The notes under the pieces were generated by a model, which saw nothing but the letters and a program-made list of their open reading frames with translations, was not told the DNA's origin and searched no databases. A stretch of 64,000 nt of DNA from a bacterium. GTDB taxonomy: Bacteria; Bacillota_I; Bacilli_A; RFN20; CAG-826. Location: contig CAVJPU010000002.1 in NCBI GenBank assembly GCA_963651445.1, forward strand, positions 18,232 through 82,231, in the 5' to 3' direction. Below are positions 1 to 9,025 of this stretch, one piece after another. The position numbers were made by a program, and so were the translations under genes. Within the stretch, counting starts at the first letter, position 1. Each line of letters begins with the position of its first letter.

Positions 1-248
1 TTTCGTTCAATGATATCTTTGATTTGGGCAATTACCATTAAGTCATCTAAACTCTCAACATAAGCAGAGATTTCACAAAGGCCGTGTTTAATGTACCGAT
101 TGTTGTTTAGAGCCGGAATAGTCACTCGAATAGAACCGTCATTGAATTTTAGGATATCGACATTTAATGTTTCTGCAGCCAATCCGATAATTTCGAATTG
201 ATTACAAATAGGCATCAGCTCAATACTAAATTTATTTACAATTTTCAT
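1..248 (-). CDS. partial CDS (N-terminus only, continues off the left edge): PRPP-synthetase / phosphoribosyltransferase N-terminal-domain-like protein
   Basis: ATG at 248-246 preceded by GAGG. Translation MKIVNKFSIELMPICNQFEIIGLAAETLNVDILKFNDGSIRVTIP...LDDLMVIAQIKDIIE resembles the F-x-DG-x-x-x-V-x-I and D-x-LM blocks of Prs N-terminal domains. Truncated, so absent from the ORF track. Confidence 0.3.
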   Translation of the reverse strand, partial: MKIVNKFSIELMPICNQFEIIGLAAETLNVDILKFNDGSIRVTIPALNNNRYIKHGLCEISAYVESLDDLMVIAQIKDIIER

Positions 249-255
249 AATAACC

Positions 256-1212
256 TCATTTCATTGACGGATTGTTAAATGGTTTAACGATACCTTGCGA
301 TAATGCAAGTTTAAATTTATCCACATATCCTGAATCATACATTGCAGATATTTGTTCATAGTGGTCCCACGCATATTCTCGGAACCAACCACTAGTGATG
401 GATGTACATACTTTTTCAAGAGCAATATTAAAACTTTTTCGTGGATTAATATTAAACTCATTAGGAATTTGAGAACGCTCTAGTGCCAACACATATGTTT
501 CTTCTAAAACTCCTAGAAGTCTAATTACACGTTCGCAAGCAAAAAACTTTTCTTTAGAGCAGTTGACTTCTGCATCGCCGTCCATATAGAATGTATAAGC
601 CGGTTTATCCAATAATTTTACTGCTTCATGGATAGTATCATGATCGTAAATATAATTGAAGTTTGAGTTAAAGAATTCGGATTTGTTGACGGACAACTTC
701 GGATGTGCATAGTTATATGTCTCTTTAACACGTGCGTTATACCAGTCAACATCGTAATGCGTATCTGATGTCAATTTTCTAAGAATTTTTGCTGCTTTTA
801 ATGTCTTAAGAAAATGCGGTGAATTCTTAAGATATCGATGGCTCATTTTCAAAGAATACAATAATTCAATGGGTGCAACAGAACACTCAACAATGCACGG
901 CATAGATTCTGGAAACAGAACCGATTTATCTAATAGTGTCGCCGTTGTGCAAGTATCAGAAGTTGGATATGTTATCTCAACAATTCCTGTGTTTACTTTA
1001 ACACACTTAGTAACTGTAGAAAATTTTTCAGAGATGACCGTTTTAATTAATGTAGCCTTTCCTTCGCCTTCTTCTAACTTAGTAATAAAGTCATCGCAAT
1101 CACTTGAATCTCGAACGATAATATCTAAATCGTTTGGATTTAAATCGTGACGAATTCCTAATTTATCCAACTGCCATGCCAACGCATAAGATCCAATAAC
1201 TAATGGTTTCAT
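256..1212 (-). CDS. hypothetical protein; N-terminus has a minimal nucleotidyltransferase-like GS...DLD pattern
   Basis: The track ORF 256..1350 overlaps the upstream gene. The internal ATG at 1212 (MKPLVIGSYALAW...) has a GAGGA Shine-Dalgarno and follows the upstream stop at 1223. Confidence 0.5.
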   Translation of the reverse strand: MKPLVIGSYALAWQLDKLGIRHDLNPNDLDIIVRDSSDCDDFITKLEEGEGKATLIKTVISEKFSTVTKCVKVNTGIVEITYPTSDTCTTATLLDKSVLFPESMPCIVECSVAPIELLYSLKMSHRYLKNSPHFLKTLKAAKILRKLTSDTHYDVDWYNARVKETYNYAHPKLSVNKSEFFNSNFNYIYDHDTIHEAVKLLDKPAYTFYMDGDAEVNCSKEKFFACERVIRLLGVLEETYVLALERSQIPNEFNINPRKSFNIALEKVCTSITSGWFREYAWDHYEQISAMYDSGYVDKFKLALSQGIVKPFNNPSMK

Positions 1213-1222
1213 AACTATTTCC

Positions 1223-1999
1223 TCAAATTCCCAATCCGGCTTTAACGATTTCAAACATTGCCTTCTGTTCAGCTTTGGTTGTTGAATCATTATAATACAA
1301 TTCACTGTAATTGTAATCTGTTTTGTTGTAAAAATTACAAACATTTTCAAAACTTTTTACACACTTTGCAGCAGGCATCCAAGCTAACATTTTGAGTTTA
1401 TCATAACCATTTTCTAAAATAGCATTAGAAATAGTTTTAGCAGCCCAATACGCAAATGTTATCTGACGACATTTAACTTCTTTGGAACTTTGCATAGGAT
1501 CTTTGGGTCCGGGAGCGATTTCTTTGTGGAACTCTTGCAAGCATATATGCATAATTGTAGAGAGATACTCTAAAACCAATTTATCCAATTCCAACTGGAA
1601 CTTGTCGGTTGTATCAGAAACAAATAAATGGTAATGAATGTACCATGTCACGAATGACCCATCATTCGCGCAATCTGTGGTGCCATATAGACCACCTTTA
1701 AATTTAACGTTAATAGATTCTTTATACTTATCGCATAGCCAAGTATTGCTTGTTTTGACGATTTTAAATACTTCGCCATTTGTCATTTTTATCGATTTAG
1801 GCTTAAATAACAAATATTTTTGAGTGTTTATTTCGGTTTTTATAAAATTGATAATTTTCGTTCCGAGAATGAGATCATATAACGGTGACTTGTATGATAT
1901 AAACTCGTGTATAGATGACACGTCAACAGAAGCCATGTGTCGCAAGCCAAGTGAAAATAATTCTTTATGATGAGAGTTGTTCAAATAATTGGTGGTCAT
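1223..1999 (-). CDS. hypothetical protein
   Basis: 258-aa ORF with a GAGGAAATAGAT Shine-Dalgarno region and an early-type promoter upstream. Confidence 0.6.
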   Translation of the reverse strand: MTTNYLNNSHHKELFSLGLRHMASVDVSSIHEFISYKSPLYDLILGTKIINFIKTEINTQKYLLFKPKSIKMTNGEVFKIVKTSNTWLCDKYKESINVKFKGGLYGTTDCANDGSFVTWYIHYHLFVSDTTDKFQLELDKLVLEYLSTIMHICLQEFHKEIAPGPKDPMQSSKEVKCRQITFAYWAAKTISNAILENGYDKLKMLAWMPAAKCVKSFENVCNFYNKTDYNYSELYYNDSTTKAEQKAMFEIVKAGLGI

Positions 2000-2029
2000 A
2001 TCTATTTCCTCATTATTACCAATATGGCC

Positions 2030-2059
2030 ATTATAATACTATAATGGCCATATGTAAAC
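2030..2059 (-). promoter_or_regulatory. T4 early-type sigma70 promoter (GTTTAC-N18-TATAAT) overlapped by a palindrome
   Basis: The minus strand reads GTTTAC ATATGGCCATTATAGTAT TATAAT. ATATGGCCATTATA / TATAATGGCCATAT form an inverted repeat across it. Confidence 0.5.
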
Positions 2060-2077
2060 TACTTTAACAAAATTTTG

Positions 2078-2218
2078 TTAACATGTTGATGAGTTCCAAT
2101 CTTCGTCTTCATATGAACATCCAGAATCATTCCAACCATCTTCATACGAACGATCTGTTTCCGGAGCAGATTTGACAGAAAAACACAATACTTCATCATT
2201 TGACATTGAAATGCTCAT
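2078..2218 (-). CDS. small acidic Cys/Trp-containing protein
   Basis: The internal ATG at 2218 (MSISMSNDEV...) has an AGGAAATAACA Shine-Dalgarno region. The longer track start overlaps the upstream gene. Confidence 0.35.
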   Translation of the reverse strand: MSISMSNDEVLCFSVKSAPETDRSYEDGWNDSGCSYEDEDWNSSTC

Positions 2219-2234
2219 TGTTATTTCCTTTAAA

Positions 2235-2675
2235 TTAACAGCTTTCACTAGATGGATTCCATTCACCGGCTTCGCCGTTATATTGACCACCCATACCGTA
2301 CGTTGGATAGATATTGAACGTCAAGTTATGCTTATCGGCAAGGGACTCGGCTTCTGCGAGTTTTGATTCGAACTCATCAACCAATTTACTTAATGTATCT
2401 CGGGCTTCGTCACGAGCGACTAAAATAGCATGTTGTGCTTCAGTCAAGTTAAAGCATTCGGCCAATTGCCCTGGAGTTAGAGTTTCCGGGTCTACTGTAA
2501 TGCCTTCAATGTCAAATGCATTGCCGGCATCAATATATTCTTGGATACGCGCAGCTAATTCAGGAGTGGCTTTATCATCTAGCTCGACAATTTCCGGGAT
2601 CCAAGATTCGGTGCGCCATTTATAGCGATTTGTAGATAATACAGAAATAGGTGGAACAACATATTTGATACTCAT
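2235..2675 (-). CDS. hypothetical protein
   Basis: 146-aa ORF downstream of an early-type promoter. Confidence 0.55.
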   Translation of the reverse strand: MSIKYVVPPISVLSTNRYKWRTESWIPEIVELDDKATPELAARIQEYIDAGNAFDIEGITVDPETLTPGQLAECFNLTEAQHAILVARDEARDTLSKLVDEFESKLAEAESLADKHNLTFNIYPTYGMGGQYNGEAGEWNPSSESC

Positions 2676-2706
2676 AGGAATTCTTCCTTGGTGGTTGATA
2701 TGAGCT

Positions 2707-2736
2707 ATTATAAACCAATAATAGCTCTGTGTAAAC
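2707..2736 (-). promoter_or_regulatory. T4 early-type promoter with an embedded stem-loop (PeSL-like)
   Basis: The minus strand reads GTTTAC ACAGAGCTATTATTGGTT TATAAT. GAGCTATTA (2702-2710) pairs with TAATAGCTC (2719-2727). Confidence 0.5.
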
Positions 2737-2743
2737 TGCTTTA

Positions 2744-4240
2744 TTAAAAATTTATTGAATCTGCAAGTTCATCTAATTCTGACCTTGTTGCAGCAGAAAC
2801 TCGGTGAACCTTTTCCATTTGAGTCATATGCTGAAGTTTGACTGATTCTTCAGTAATAGGAATATCTTTAGCCTGATCAACAAATGAGTTCATGATAACT
2901 TCTTCAGACATCATAGATTCCGGAATAACTGGCGCACTAGGCCCGTCGACTTCATACCATCGTTGATTGCCTTTTTTGACACAAAGATTAAACTTATTAT
3001 TAGCCATTTTATCCCCGTAACGAGATTTAATTTGCTTCATAAGCTGGACACCTTGAAGAGCCAATTCTTCAGTCTCGATAACAGCAAGAATAAAATCGGC
3101 TGTATGACTTAATCCGGCGGATTCAGCAATATCACCCATTGTGATATCGGAATTATCCCATCCACCACGAGTTGTTTGGGCGGCTGTCCAAATAGGAAGT
3201 TGTTCTTCTACAGCAAGCGCACGTAATTCTTCAGCAATAGCTTTTACTAATGTGTACGAATTTTCACTAAACACTTTAATACGAGATGATGCACAAATCC
3301 CTAAATAATCGACAACAATTACATCAGGTTTAAAACCCTTTTTGAGTTTAAGTTCATTTAATAATGCTTTAAAGGTTAAGTTGTGTGCACCACCGATAGG
3401 ATATTGTTTGATGTATAACGATCCTAAAACGTTTGCCTTTCTCCAACGTTCCATTTTGGATTTATATTCGTCATACGTTATACGTTCTTCGTCAATATCA
3501 TCCATGGAAACATCAAGTAAGTTTGCGTCAATACGTTTGGCCACAACTTCTTCTGCCATTTCCATAGAAATGTACAGAACATTTTTACCCATTTGAAGAT
3601 AATCTGCAGCCAAAGAACACAGTCCTAATGATTTACCAACGTTAACGCCAGCCAATAAAATATTAAGTGTACCAATTTCTACGCCACCCTTTGTAATTTT
3701 ATTAAGCATATTAAGTTTAAATGGAACTTTTCGTGCTTTATTTTTATAAGATAACCAACGAGCTTCGTAATCATCCATCCAATTATGACCAATTGATGAA
3801 TCGAAACAAACACTTAATGCATCCTTCATAATATCCGGAATAGCACCAACATCTGGTAACCGTTTATCACGTTGTGAGATTGGCTTTTCTGCATTTGTTT
3901 GAATTTGGACAATTTTAATAGTAGCATTATACATTGCTCTATTTTTGACGTATTGTTCGGTTTCCGGGACAAGCCAATCATTTGATTCTTTGTCTAGTTT
4001 TAGCCGTTCTAAAAGCTCAGAAGTTCCTTTAAAATCAGTTTGGTTTAGATTAGAATTGTTGATTATCATATCCAATGCGACTTTAGATGGCACACCATGA
4101 TACTTGTCTACATGCTTTTTAATAGAATCAAATAAAATTCGGGCAGGGCCACGTTCAAAATATTCGTCTTTCATATAAGGCCATACTTTACCAAAATACT
4201 CTTGATTGGTTATAAGTTGACCTAAAATAATATCAATCAT
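2744..4240 (-). CDS. 41: replicative DNA helicase, DnaB family (T4 gp41-like)
   Basis: 498 aa with Walker A GVNVGKS, DnaB-type C-terminal RecA-like core motifs (VVDYLG, QTTRGG), and T4 synteny. Confidence 0.9.
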   Translation of the reverse strand: MIDIILGQLITNQEYFGKVWPYMKDEYFERGPARILFDSIKKHVDKYHGVPSKVALDMIINNSNLNQTDFKGTSELLERLKLDKESNDWLVPETEQYVKNRAMYNATIKIVQIQTNAEKPISQRDKRLPDVGAIPDIMKDALSVCFDSSIGHNWMDDYEARWLSYKNKARKVPFKLNMLNKITKGGVEIGTLNILLAGVNVGKSLGLCSLAADYLQMGKNVLYISMEMAEEVVAKRIDANLLDVSMDDIDEERITYDEYKSKMERWRKANVLGSLYIKQYPIGGAHNLTFKALLNELKLKKGFKPDVIVVDYLGICASSRIKVFSENSYTLVKAIAEELRALAVEEQLPIWTAAQTTRGGWDNSDITMGDIAESAGLSHTADFILAVIETEELALQGVQLMKQIKSRYGDKMANNKFNLCVKKGNQRWYEVDGPSAPVIPESMMSEEVIMNSFVDQAKDIPITEESVKLQHMTQMEKVHRVSAATRSELDELADSINF

Positions 4241-4273
4241 AATCTACCCTTATTCGTTTAATCATATTATACT

Positions 4274-4296
4274 ACAAAGGGCCTAGATGGCCCTGT
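4274..4296 (-). terminator. stem-loop AGGGCC-N5-GGCCCT followed by TTTGT on the minus strand
   Basis: Read directly from the sequence; lies between the gene-40-position ORF and gene 41. Confidence 0.4.
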
Positions 4297-4299
4297 TGC

Positions 4300-4626
4300 T
4301 TAAAATGAAAACATCTTTCGTTTAAACATCAAGTCGTTCAACTGCATTTGTAGAATCTTTTCTACGTGTACGGTCAACTCAACCTTTCTATCTTCACTAG
4401 GAGTGCTAAACCCGTATGATACACCGTTACCAGAGATTTGGATTTCGGTAATGTATACAATGTGATCAGTACCATCTTCCAATTTAATCAAAATTTCTTG
4501 CTTAACGTCCTTCATAGCATCTTTGATAATACCCAAAGATTTATCGTAAAGAGCTTGCCCTTGTTGTCCTTTTGACTCAGCTTCCAGCTCATCTACATCT
4601 AAGTCTAAATCTAGATCATTAGTCAT
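4300..4626 (-). CDS. hypothetical acidic protein in the position of T4 gene 40
   Basis: ATG at 4626 is preceded by GGAG and overlaps the stop of the upstream gene (ATGACTAA). Assignment is by position only. Confidence 0.45.
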   Translation of the reverse strand: MTNDLDLDLDVDELEAESKGQQGQALYDKSLGIIKDAMKDVKQEILIKLEDGTDHIVYITEIQISGNGVSYGFSTPSEDRKVELTVHVEKILQMQLNDLMFKRKMFSF

Positions 4627-5167
4627 TTTTAGCTCCAATGAATTCTTTGATTTTTAAATCAGCTATTACTTGGTCAAACGGTTTAGCTTCAACTACACCA
4701 TTATACACATCATGCTCAAGAATTTTGTATGGCGTAATCCAAAGAGCTTTATATAATTTTTCGAACTCATCAACAACCTTATTAAACTGATCTTCCGAAA
4801 TTGCAATCAAATCATCTGCAAAATCATCTTCAAGCTTATTACGTGTAAGGCCAACTACAAGAACTTTATTATTGTCAGCAAGACGCTTAAAGTCATCCAT
4901 GTATATTCCGGTTCGTTTTCCTCTAAGAACGCTTTCGTACACAATGTTACTTAAACACCCACGATCAAGAATGTATACGTAATTATCGTCTAGATAATTC
5001 AGCATTGTTTCGAAGATAGCTACTTCGTTACGTGTCAAACAAGTAAAACGCCCTTCACTGGTCTTTTTAGGAAATCTAATTAACTTCATTCCAAGGCTTT
5101 CTAAGCCTTGGATAAAAGTAGTTTTTCCTGCGTTATCTGGTCCTTCAACTAAAATAATTTTTGCCAT
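4619..5167 (-). CDS. thymidylate-kinase-like nucleotide kinase (P-loop)
   Basis: Contains ILVEGPDNAGKTT Walker A and an LDRGCLSNIVYE block like the Tmk DR..S..AY motif. 182 aa. Confidence 0.6.
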   Translation of the reverse strand: MAKIILVEGPDNAGKTTFIQGLESLGMKLIRFPKKTSEGRFTCLTRNEVAIFETMLNYLDDNYVYILDRGCLSNIVYESVLRGKRTGIYMDDFKRLADNNKVLVVGLTRNKLEDDFADDLIAISEDQFNKVVDEFEKLYKALWITPYKILEHDVYNGVVEAKPFDQVIADLKIKEFIGAKND

Positions 5168-6087
5168 GTATCTTCACCTGGATTAATAATAAGATCACAT
5201 ATGTTAGGTAAATTATATTCACAAATTATGTTAGCATTAAAATAAATCAATTCAGCTAGACCAGGATGGAAAACTTTTTCTGGGTTTTCGTGGTATACGA
5301 TCTTGGGTTGCCCTAACAATACTCGATAGAAATCTACTTTTGATAGCTTCATACGGTGGATTATTGCCAGGTCACTATACTTTTCGCGATCAAATGAATC
5401 GTTCGGATCAGTAATGAATACTGCTCCACCGTATTTTTTCATTGACTCATTAACTACAAGATCAAATTTGTAGCACTTGTCCGAAATTCTAAACGGGAAG
5501 AATATTGTATTATGGCCCAAATATAACGGATCTAAGTCTCGAACGTATGATTCCAAAATATATGGGTTGATAACTCGTTGACAAACAATGATTTTGCTTG
5601 GATTCGCGCCATTTGCAATTAATACTTCTTTTTGGCCTCTGTTAAGAACATAAGTGCGAATAGATTTATTGACACTTAGTACATCATGTCCTAAAAATTT
5701 ATCAATGTAATCTCGCGGGTTCTCTGGGTCGGAAGTAATATTAAAATTAAAAATGACTGGTAATTTGCCACTATACCCGGTAATATCCGTTACTAAAACA
5801 TCACAATTATTACTATGGAATAATGAATATACAATTTCTAGATTTAATTCTGACCAAAATTTCTCTCGTGTGGCTAATGCATTAATACCGTATTCCATTG
5901 TAACGAATTTTTTATTTGGAAATAGTTTGACCAATTCCGCTTCATCAACAATATTACGTGGGACTACAATAATATCTTCATCTGACGCGCGATGAAGATG
6001 CAATTGAAAATTGCCATCCTTTAAAACAGTATACCCATTGTCGTCATATGAACGCATAGAAAAAATGGGAACTATTAACTTTTTCAT
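5149..6087 (-). CDS. putative GT-B-type glycosyltransferase in the position of T4 beta-gt
   Basis: ATG at 6087 has an AAGGA Shine-Dalgarno (the track start at 6093 is TTG). The C-terminal E-x-x-F-H-P-G-L-A-E-L-I-Y-F-N-A-N-I-I-C resembles the GT-B E-x-F-G-x-x-x-x-E-A motif. Ends in TAG. Confidence 0.4.
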   Translation of the reverse strand: MKKLIVPIFSMRSYDDNGYTVLKDGNFQLHLHRASDEDIIVVPRNIVDEAELVKLFPNKKFVTMEYGINALATREKFWSELNLEIVYSLFHSNNCDVLVTDITGYSGKLPVIFNFNITSDPENPRDYIDKFLGHDVLSVNKSIRTYVLNRGQKEVLIANGANPSKIIVCQRVINPYILESYVRDLDPLYLGHNTIFFPFRISDKCYKFDLVVNESMKKYGGAVFITDPNDSFDREKYSDLAIIHRMKLSKVDFYRVLLGQPKIVYHENPEKVFHPGLAELIYFNANIICEYNLPNICDLIINPGEDTWQKLF

Positions 6088-6089
6088 AA

Positions 6090-6797
6090 TCAATCCTTTA
6101 TAAATGAATTTACATAGTCAACATCACGCTCAAATACATGAGCCGATACAATAGAATGCGAATAAGTCCCAACTTCGACATTACACTCTTTTGCAATAAG
6201 TTCCATTAATTTATGTTGCAGATAAAAATCAAGTTGCATGACAACCGCACAGTTTTGAGAACGCATATGACAATGGGCAAACAACACACCATTTCTAATA
6301 TAATATGTGATTGAATCTGTGCACGGATATTCTAATGATTCATCCGAATCTAAAAGGACTTGATCTTGTTCTTGAAGAATTTGAATTACTGCCCGACGGG
6401 AATTTTCTTTTGTTTTTAATTCATTAATAATTGCCGGGAGTTGAGCGGTAATTCGCGGTCCGTAAAATGTATTAAAATTGTCCGGCAACACATCCGATTT
6501 CGGTTTAGAAATGAATTTTGCAACATTAGGATATTCTTTAAATGCTTCAGCCGCATCGGTTCCACCGCTAATCATAAACTCCCAGAATTTTTCTGCATAC
6601 GCATAGTCAATTCGATTAATGGATTTATTTTTGAAAACTGCGCCGATTTCTGGGAATTGGACTTCTACCAAAATTGATCCAACCTCTAGACACTTGCCAA
6701 TTCTAGAATCAGTCAAAAATTCATAATTGTTGACAACATATCGATTTAGTTCAATAAATGCATCTTCAAATGAATTTGTATTGATATACTTACTCAT
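6090..6797 (-). CDS. 42: thymidylate-synthase-family deoxypyrimidine hydroxymethylase (T4 gp42-like)
   Basis: Blocks NSRRAVIQI, YPCTDSITYYIRNG, HMRSQN and SAHVFERD align with T4 gp42 DSRRGIMIY, FMCTNTVQYLIRD, NMRSND and SLHVYSRH. Confidence 0.8.
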   Translation of the reverse strand: MSKYINTNSFEDAFIELNRYVVNNYEFLTDSRIGKCLEVGSILVEVQFPEIGAVFKNKSINRIDYAYAEKFWEFMISGGTDAAEAFKEYPNVAKFISKPKSDVLPDNFNTFYGPRITAQLPAIINELKTKENSRRAVIQILQEQDQVLLDSDESLEYPCTDSITYYIRNGVLFAHCHMRSQNCAVVMQLDFYLQHKLMELIAKECNVEVGTYSHSIVSAHVFERDVDYVNSFIKD

Positions 6798-7168
6798 GAT
6801 ATCTCCGGGGTGTATGGTTTCTTTAATAATAACTCATCAGAATTGAAAGCGTCTTTAAATTCTTGAGGATTCATTGCTTTATCGTCTATTATCCAGTCGT
6901 AACTAGGTTTATGAGTTATTAGCTCATGATATTTTAATCCAATTTTTTCTAGATTAATCAGTAATGGCGGCACGATTTCGGCAGAAATCTTGTCTGGGCC
7001 GCAAGAGGTCATCCCTCTTGCAGTAAATAGAACAATTTTATGGCCATCATCATATAACGTATTAATTTTATTTACTATATCCTTATCGGCTACGAAATTT
7101 TCGTAGTCCCGATTAGAATTCCAAATGGTAATAGTTGAATCAATATCAAAACAAAACGTTTTACTCAT
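6794..7168 (-). CDS. HAD-superfamily phosphatase
   Basis: Contains FDIDSTIT (DxDxT), VLFTARG and IIDDK motifs. 124 aa. Confidence 0.6.
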   Translation of the reverse strand: MSKTFCFDIDSTITIWNSNRDYENFVADKDIVNKINTLYDDGHKIVLFTARGMTSCGPDKISAEIVPPLLINLEKIGLKYHELITHKPSYDWIIDDKAMNPQEFKDAFNSDELLLKKPYTPEIS

Positions 7169-7299
7169 GGTAATCCTATGATTGGCCCTAAATACTTATA
7201 CATAATAACACACATTACAATAAGCATTAAAATGACTGTAATTATTAGGGAAAGTATAAAACTCCATAAAACAATATCTACTAAATTATTAAGGTTCAT
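7165..7299 (-). CDS. 44-aa single-pass membrane peptide (below the ORF-track threshold)
   Basis: Translation MNLNNLVDIVLWSFILSLIITVILMLIVMCVIMYKYLGPIIGLP. Its start lies in the last codons of the upstream gene and its TGA overlaps the ATG of the HAD gene (CCATGA). Confidence 0.35.
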   Translation of the reverse strand: MNLNNLVDIVLWSFILSLIITVILMLIVMCVIMYKYLGPIIGLP

Positions 7300-8956
7300 T
7301 TATTAACTCCCAATCTAGAACTTGTACAGGATGAGCATTAGGGCGGTATTTTTGACCTGTTTCTAAATCTGTCAATAACCATTTACCTGGATTTTTTGTC
7401 TTTAGAACCGATACGACAAGATCGGTATCCTGAGAAACTTCACCATTACGAAGACGTCGACCGGCTGTGTTAAGCGTTTTTGTTAACAAATACATCCCAT
7501 AATAATATGCACTTACCGATTTTAATGGATTATTTTTGAAATAACCTGCTAAGGCGATCCAAATAACCCCTACCCAAATACGATGAAATTCATTAAAATT
7601 TGGATTATAAAAACTATCTAGTTCGTTGATTTTGACTGTTGCACTAGGCCCATCAATTGATAGACCACCCCACATAGGATCAGAATTAAATTCATCATAG
7701 CCACTTAATGCATAAAGCACCTTCGCTTCATCATAAATTCTAGGTCCGAATAATTTAGTCTTCCCAAAATATCCTCGTGGATCGATCAATCTAACACCGG
7801 ATTTGTCAAGCATCAAATTACTAAAGTTTGGGTCGCCATGAATAATGTGGTAATTATTGTTTGCAGCTTCATGAATCAAATGAGCATACGCTTGTGTTAA
7901 CATAGGTTTTAAACGCCCAATACGAGTTCCGTTGACAAAGCGAATTTTGCCAAAAGAATCAATAACACTTTGAATTTCCGAACATCGAGCTAAAACTTTA
8001 TCAATAACTTCGTATTTGTAATCGCGTGCTTTGGTTGCAAACATGACTGTGCAGTCAGTTTCCGGGAATTTTAATGTTTCTAGAATTTCTGGCAATAGTT
8101 CTGGTTTATAAACCTCAAACATTGGTTTGCCATAAATTCGTTCCATTTTAAATGAACATAATGCAGGAGTATTTCTACGGCTAATAATATTCGGTAATGC
8201 AGGACTATCAACATGATCATACCATGATAGTTCTTCAACTTGAAGTTCACGTCCTTTTTCGTTAAGCGCAGTTTTATAAACCACATCTCTAGAAAAAGTA
8301 ACAGAATTAAATTCACGATTTAATTCTCTGGTTTTGTGAGCTGTTTGGAGCTTTGGTTTATCTCCCAAATCTATAAGATCTATTAGCTCATCATTGTAAA
8401 CCGAATCAGCTGCATCAAGCAATTCAACAAAATCACGGCCTTTAAAATATTCATTTGCTTCATCTTTGTCGTCAAATGTCTCAATAAAGAAATTGTTATA
8501 TTGATAAATTCCAACTACATTTCCACCGGTGCCGCCGGTTTCTTTTAATTCATTTCCGTCAAAATTATATCGACATTCGGTGCCAAATGTATAGATATTA
8601 TTGTTGTCCCACGAGAACGAATTAAATGTCGGTATAACGTCACACCAATTAAACACAACATTATGGCCATTAATGAGATCCCCGATACGAGAAATCGCGT
8701 ATGCTGATCCATACGCTTCATCAACTGTTTCTACAACAATATCAAGATTAAACAATTTCGAATATGCGCGAACTTGGTTTGCAAATTTGCTATGCACTAC
8801 TACAATGATTTCTTGAGCACCAAGTTTTTTGTACGTCGAATGTAAATGATGAAGAATCGTGTGCTGTTTATAGTTCACCAATACTTTAGGAATATGATGC
8901 GTTATCGGATATAACCGTGTCGCGAGTCCTGCACCAAGAATAACTACTTTTTTCAT
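7289..8956 (-). CDS. bifunctional sugar-1-phosphate nucleotidyltransferase / sugar kinase (protein-kinase-like fold)
   Basis: N-terminal KKVVILGAGLATRLYPIT...PKVLV is the GxGxRL nucleotidyltransferase signature. C-terminal HIIHGDPNFSNLMLD...RLIDPRG matches the choline/aminoglycoside-kinase catalytic loop. The start was moved to ATG 8956 (MKKVVILGAG). Confidence 0.6.
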   Translation of the reverse strand: MKKVVILGAGLATRLYPITHHIPKVLVNYKQHTILHHLHSTYKKLGAQEIIVVVHSKFANQVRAYSKLFNLDIVVETVDEAYGSAYAISRIGDLINGHNVVFNWCDVIPTFNSFSWDNNNIYTFGTECRYNFDGNELKETGGTGGNVVGIYQYNNFFIETFDDKDEANEYFKGRDFVELLDAADSVYNDELIDLIDLGDKPKLQTAHKTRELNREFNSVTFSRDVVYKTALNEKGRELQVEELSWYDHVDSPALPNIISRRNTPALCSFKMERIYGKPMFEVYKPELLPEILETLKFPETDCTVMFATKARDYKYEVIDKVLARCSEIQSVIDSFGKIRFVNGTRIGRLKPMLTQAYAHLIHEAANNNYHIIHGDPNFSNLMLDKSGVRLIDPRGYFGKTKLFGPRIYDEAKVLYALSGYDEFNSDPMWGGLSIDGPSATVKINELDSFYNPNFNEFHRIWVGVIWIALAGYFKNNPLKSVSAYYYGMYLLTKTLNTAGRRLRNGEVSQDTDLVVSVLKTKNPGKWLLTDLETGQKYRPNAHPVQVLDWELINEP

Positions 8957-9025
8957 ATTTTGATAATTCCTAAGAAGCTGTGATATACTGATTATACCAC
9001 AGCCCAACATTAAAGTACATTGCTA

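Noticed and set aside
256-1350. N-terminal extensions given by the track for 256..1350, 2078..2290, 4300..4638, 5149..6093, 7289..9010, 10068..10505, 12356..12760, 14203..14559, 20727..20978, 26930..27346, 42406..42678, 51618..52100 and 61160..61834.
   Set aside because: In each case an internal ATG with a recognisable Shine-Dalgarno, or an ATGA/TAATG overlap with the upstream stop, gives a better start. The extension overlaps the preceding gene or uses GTG/TTG.
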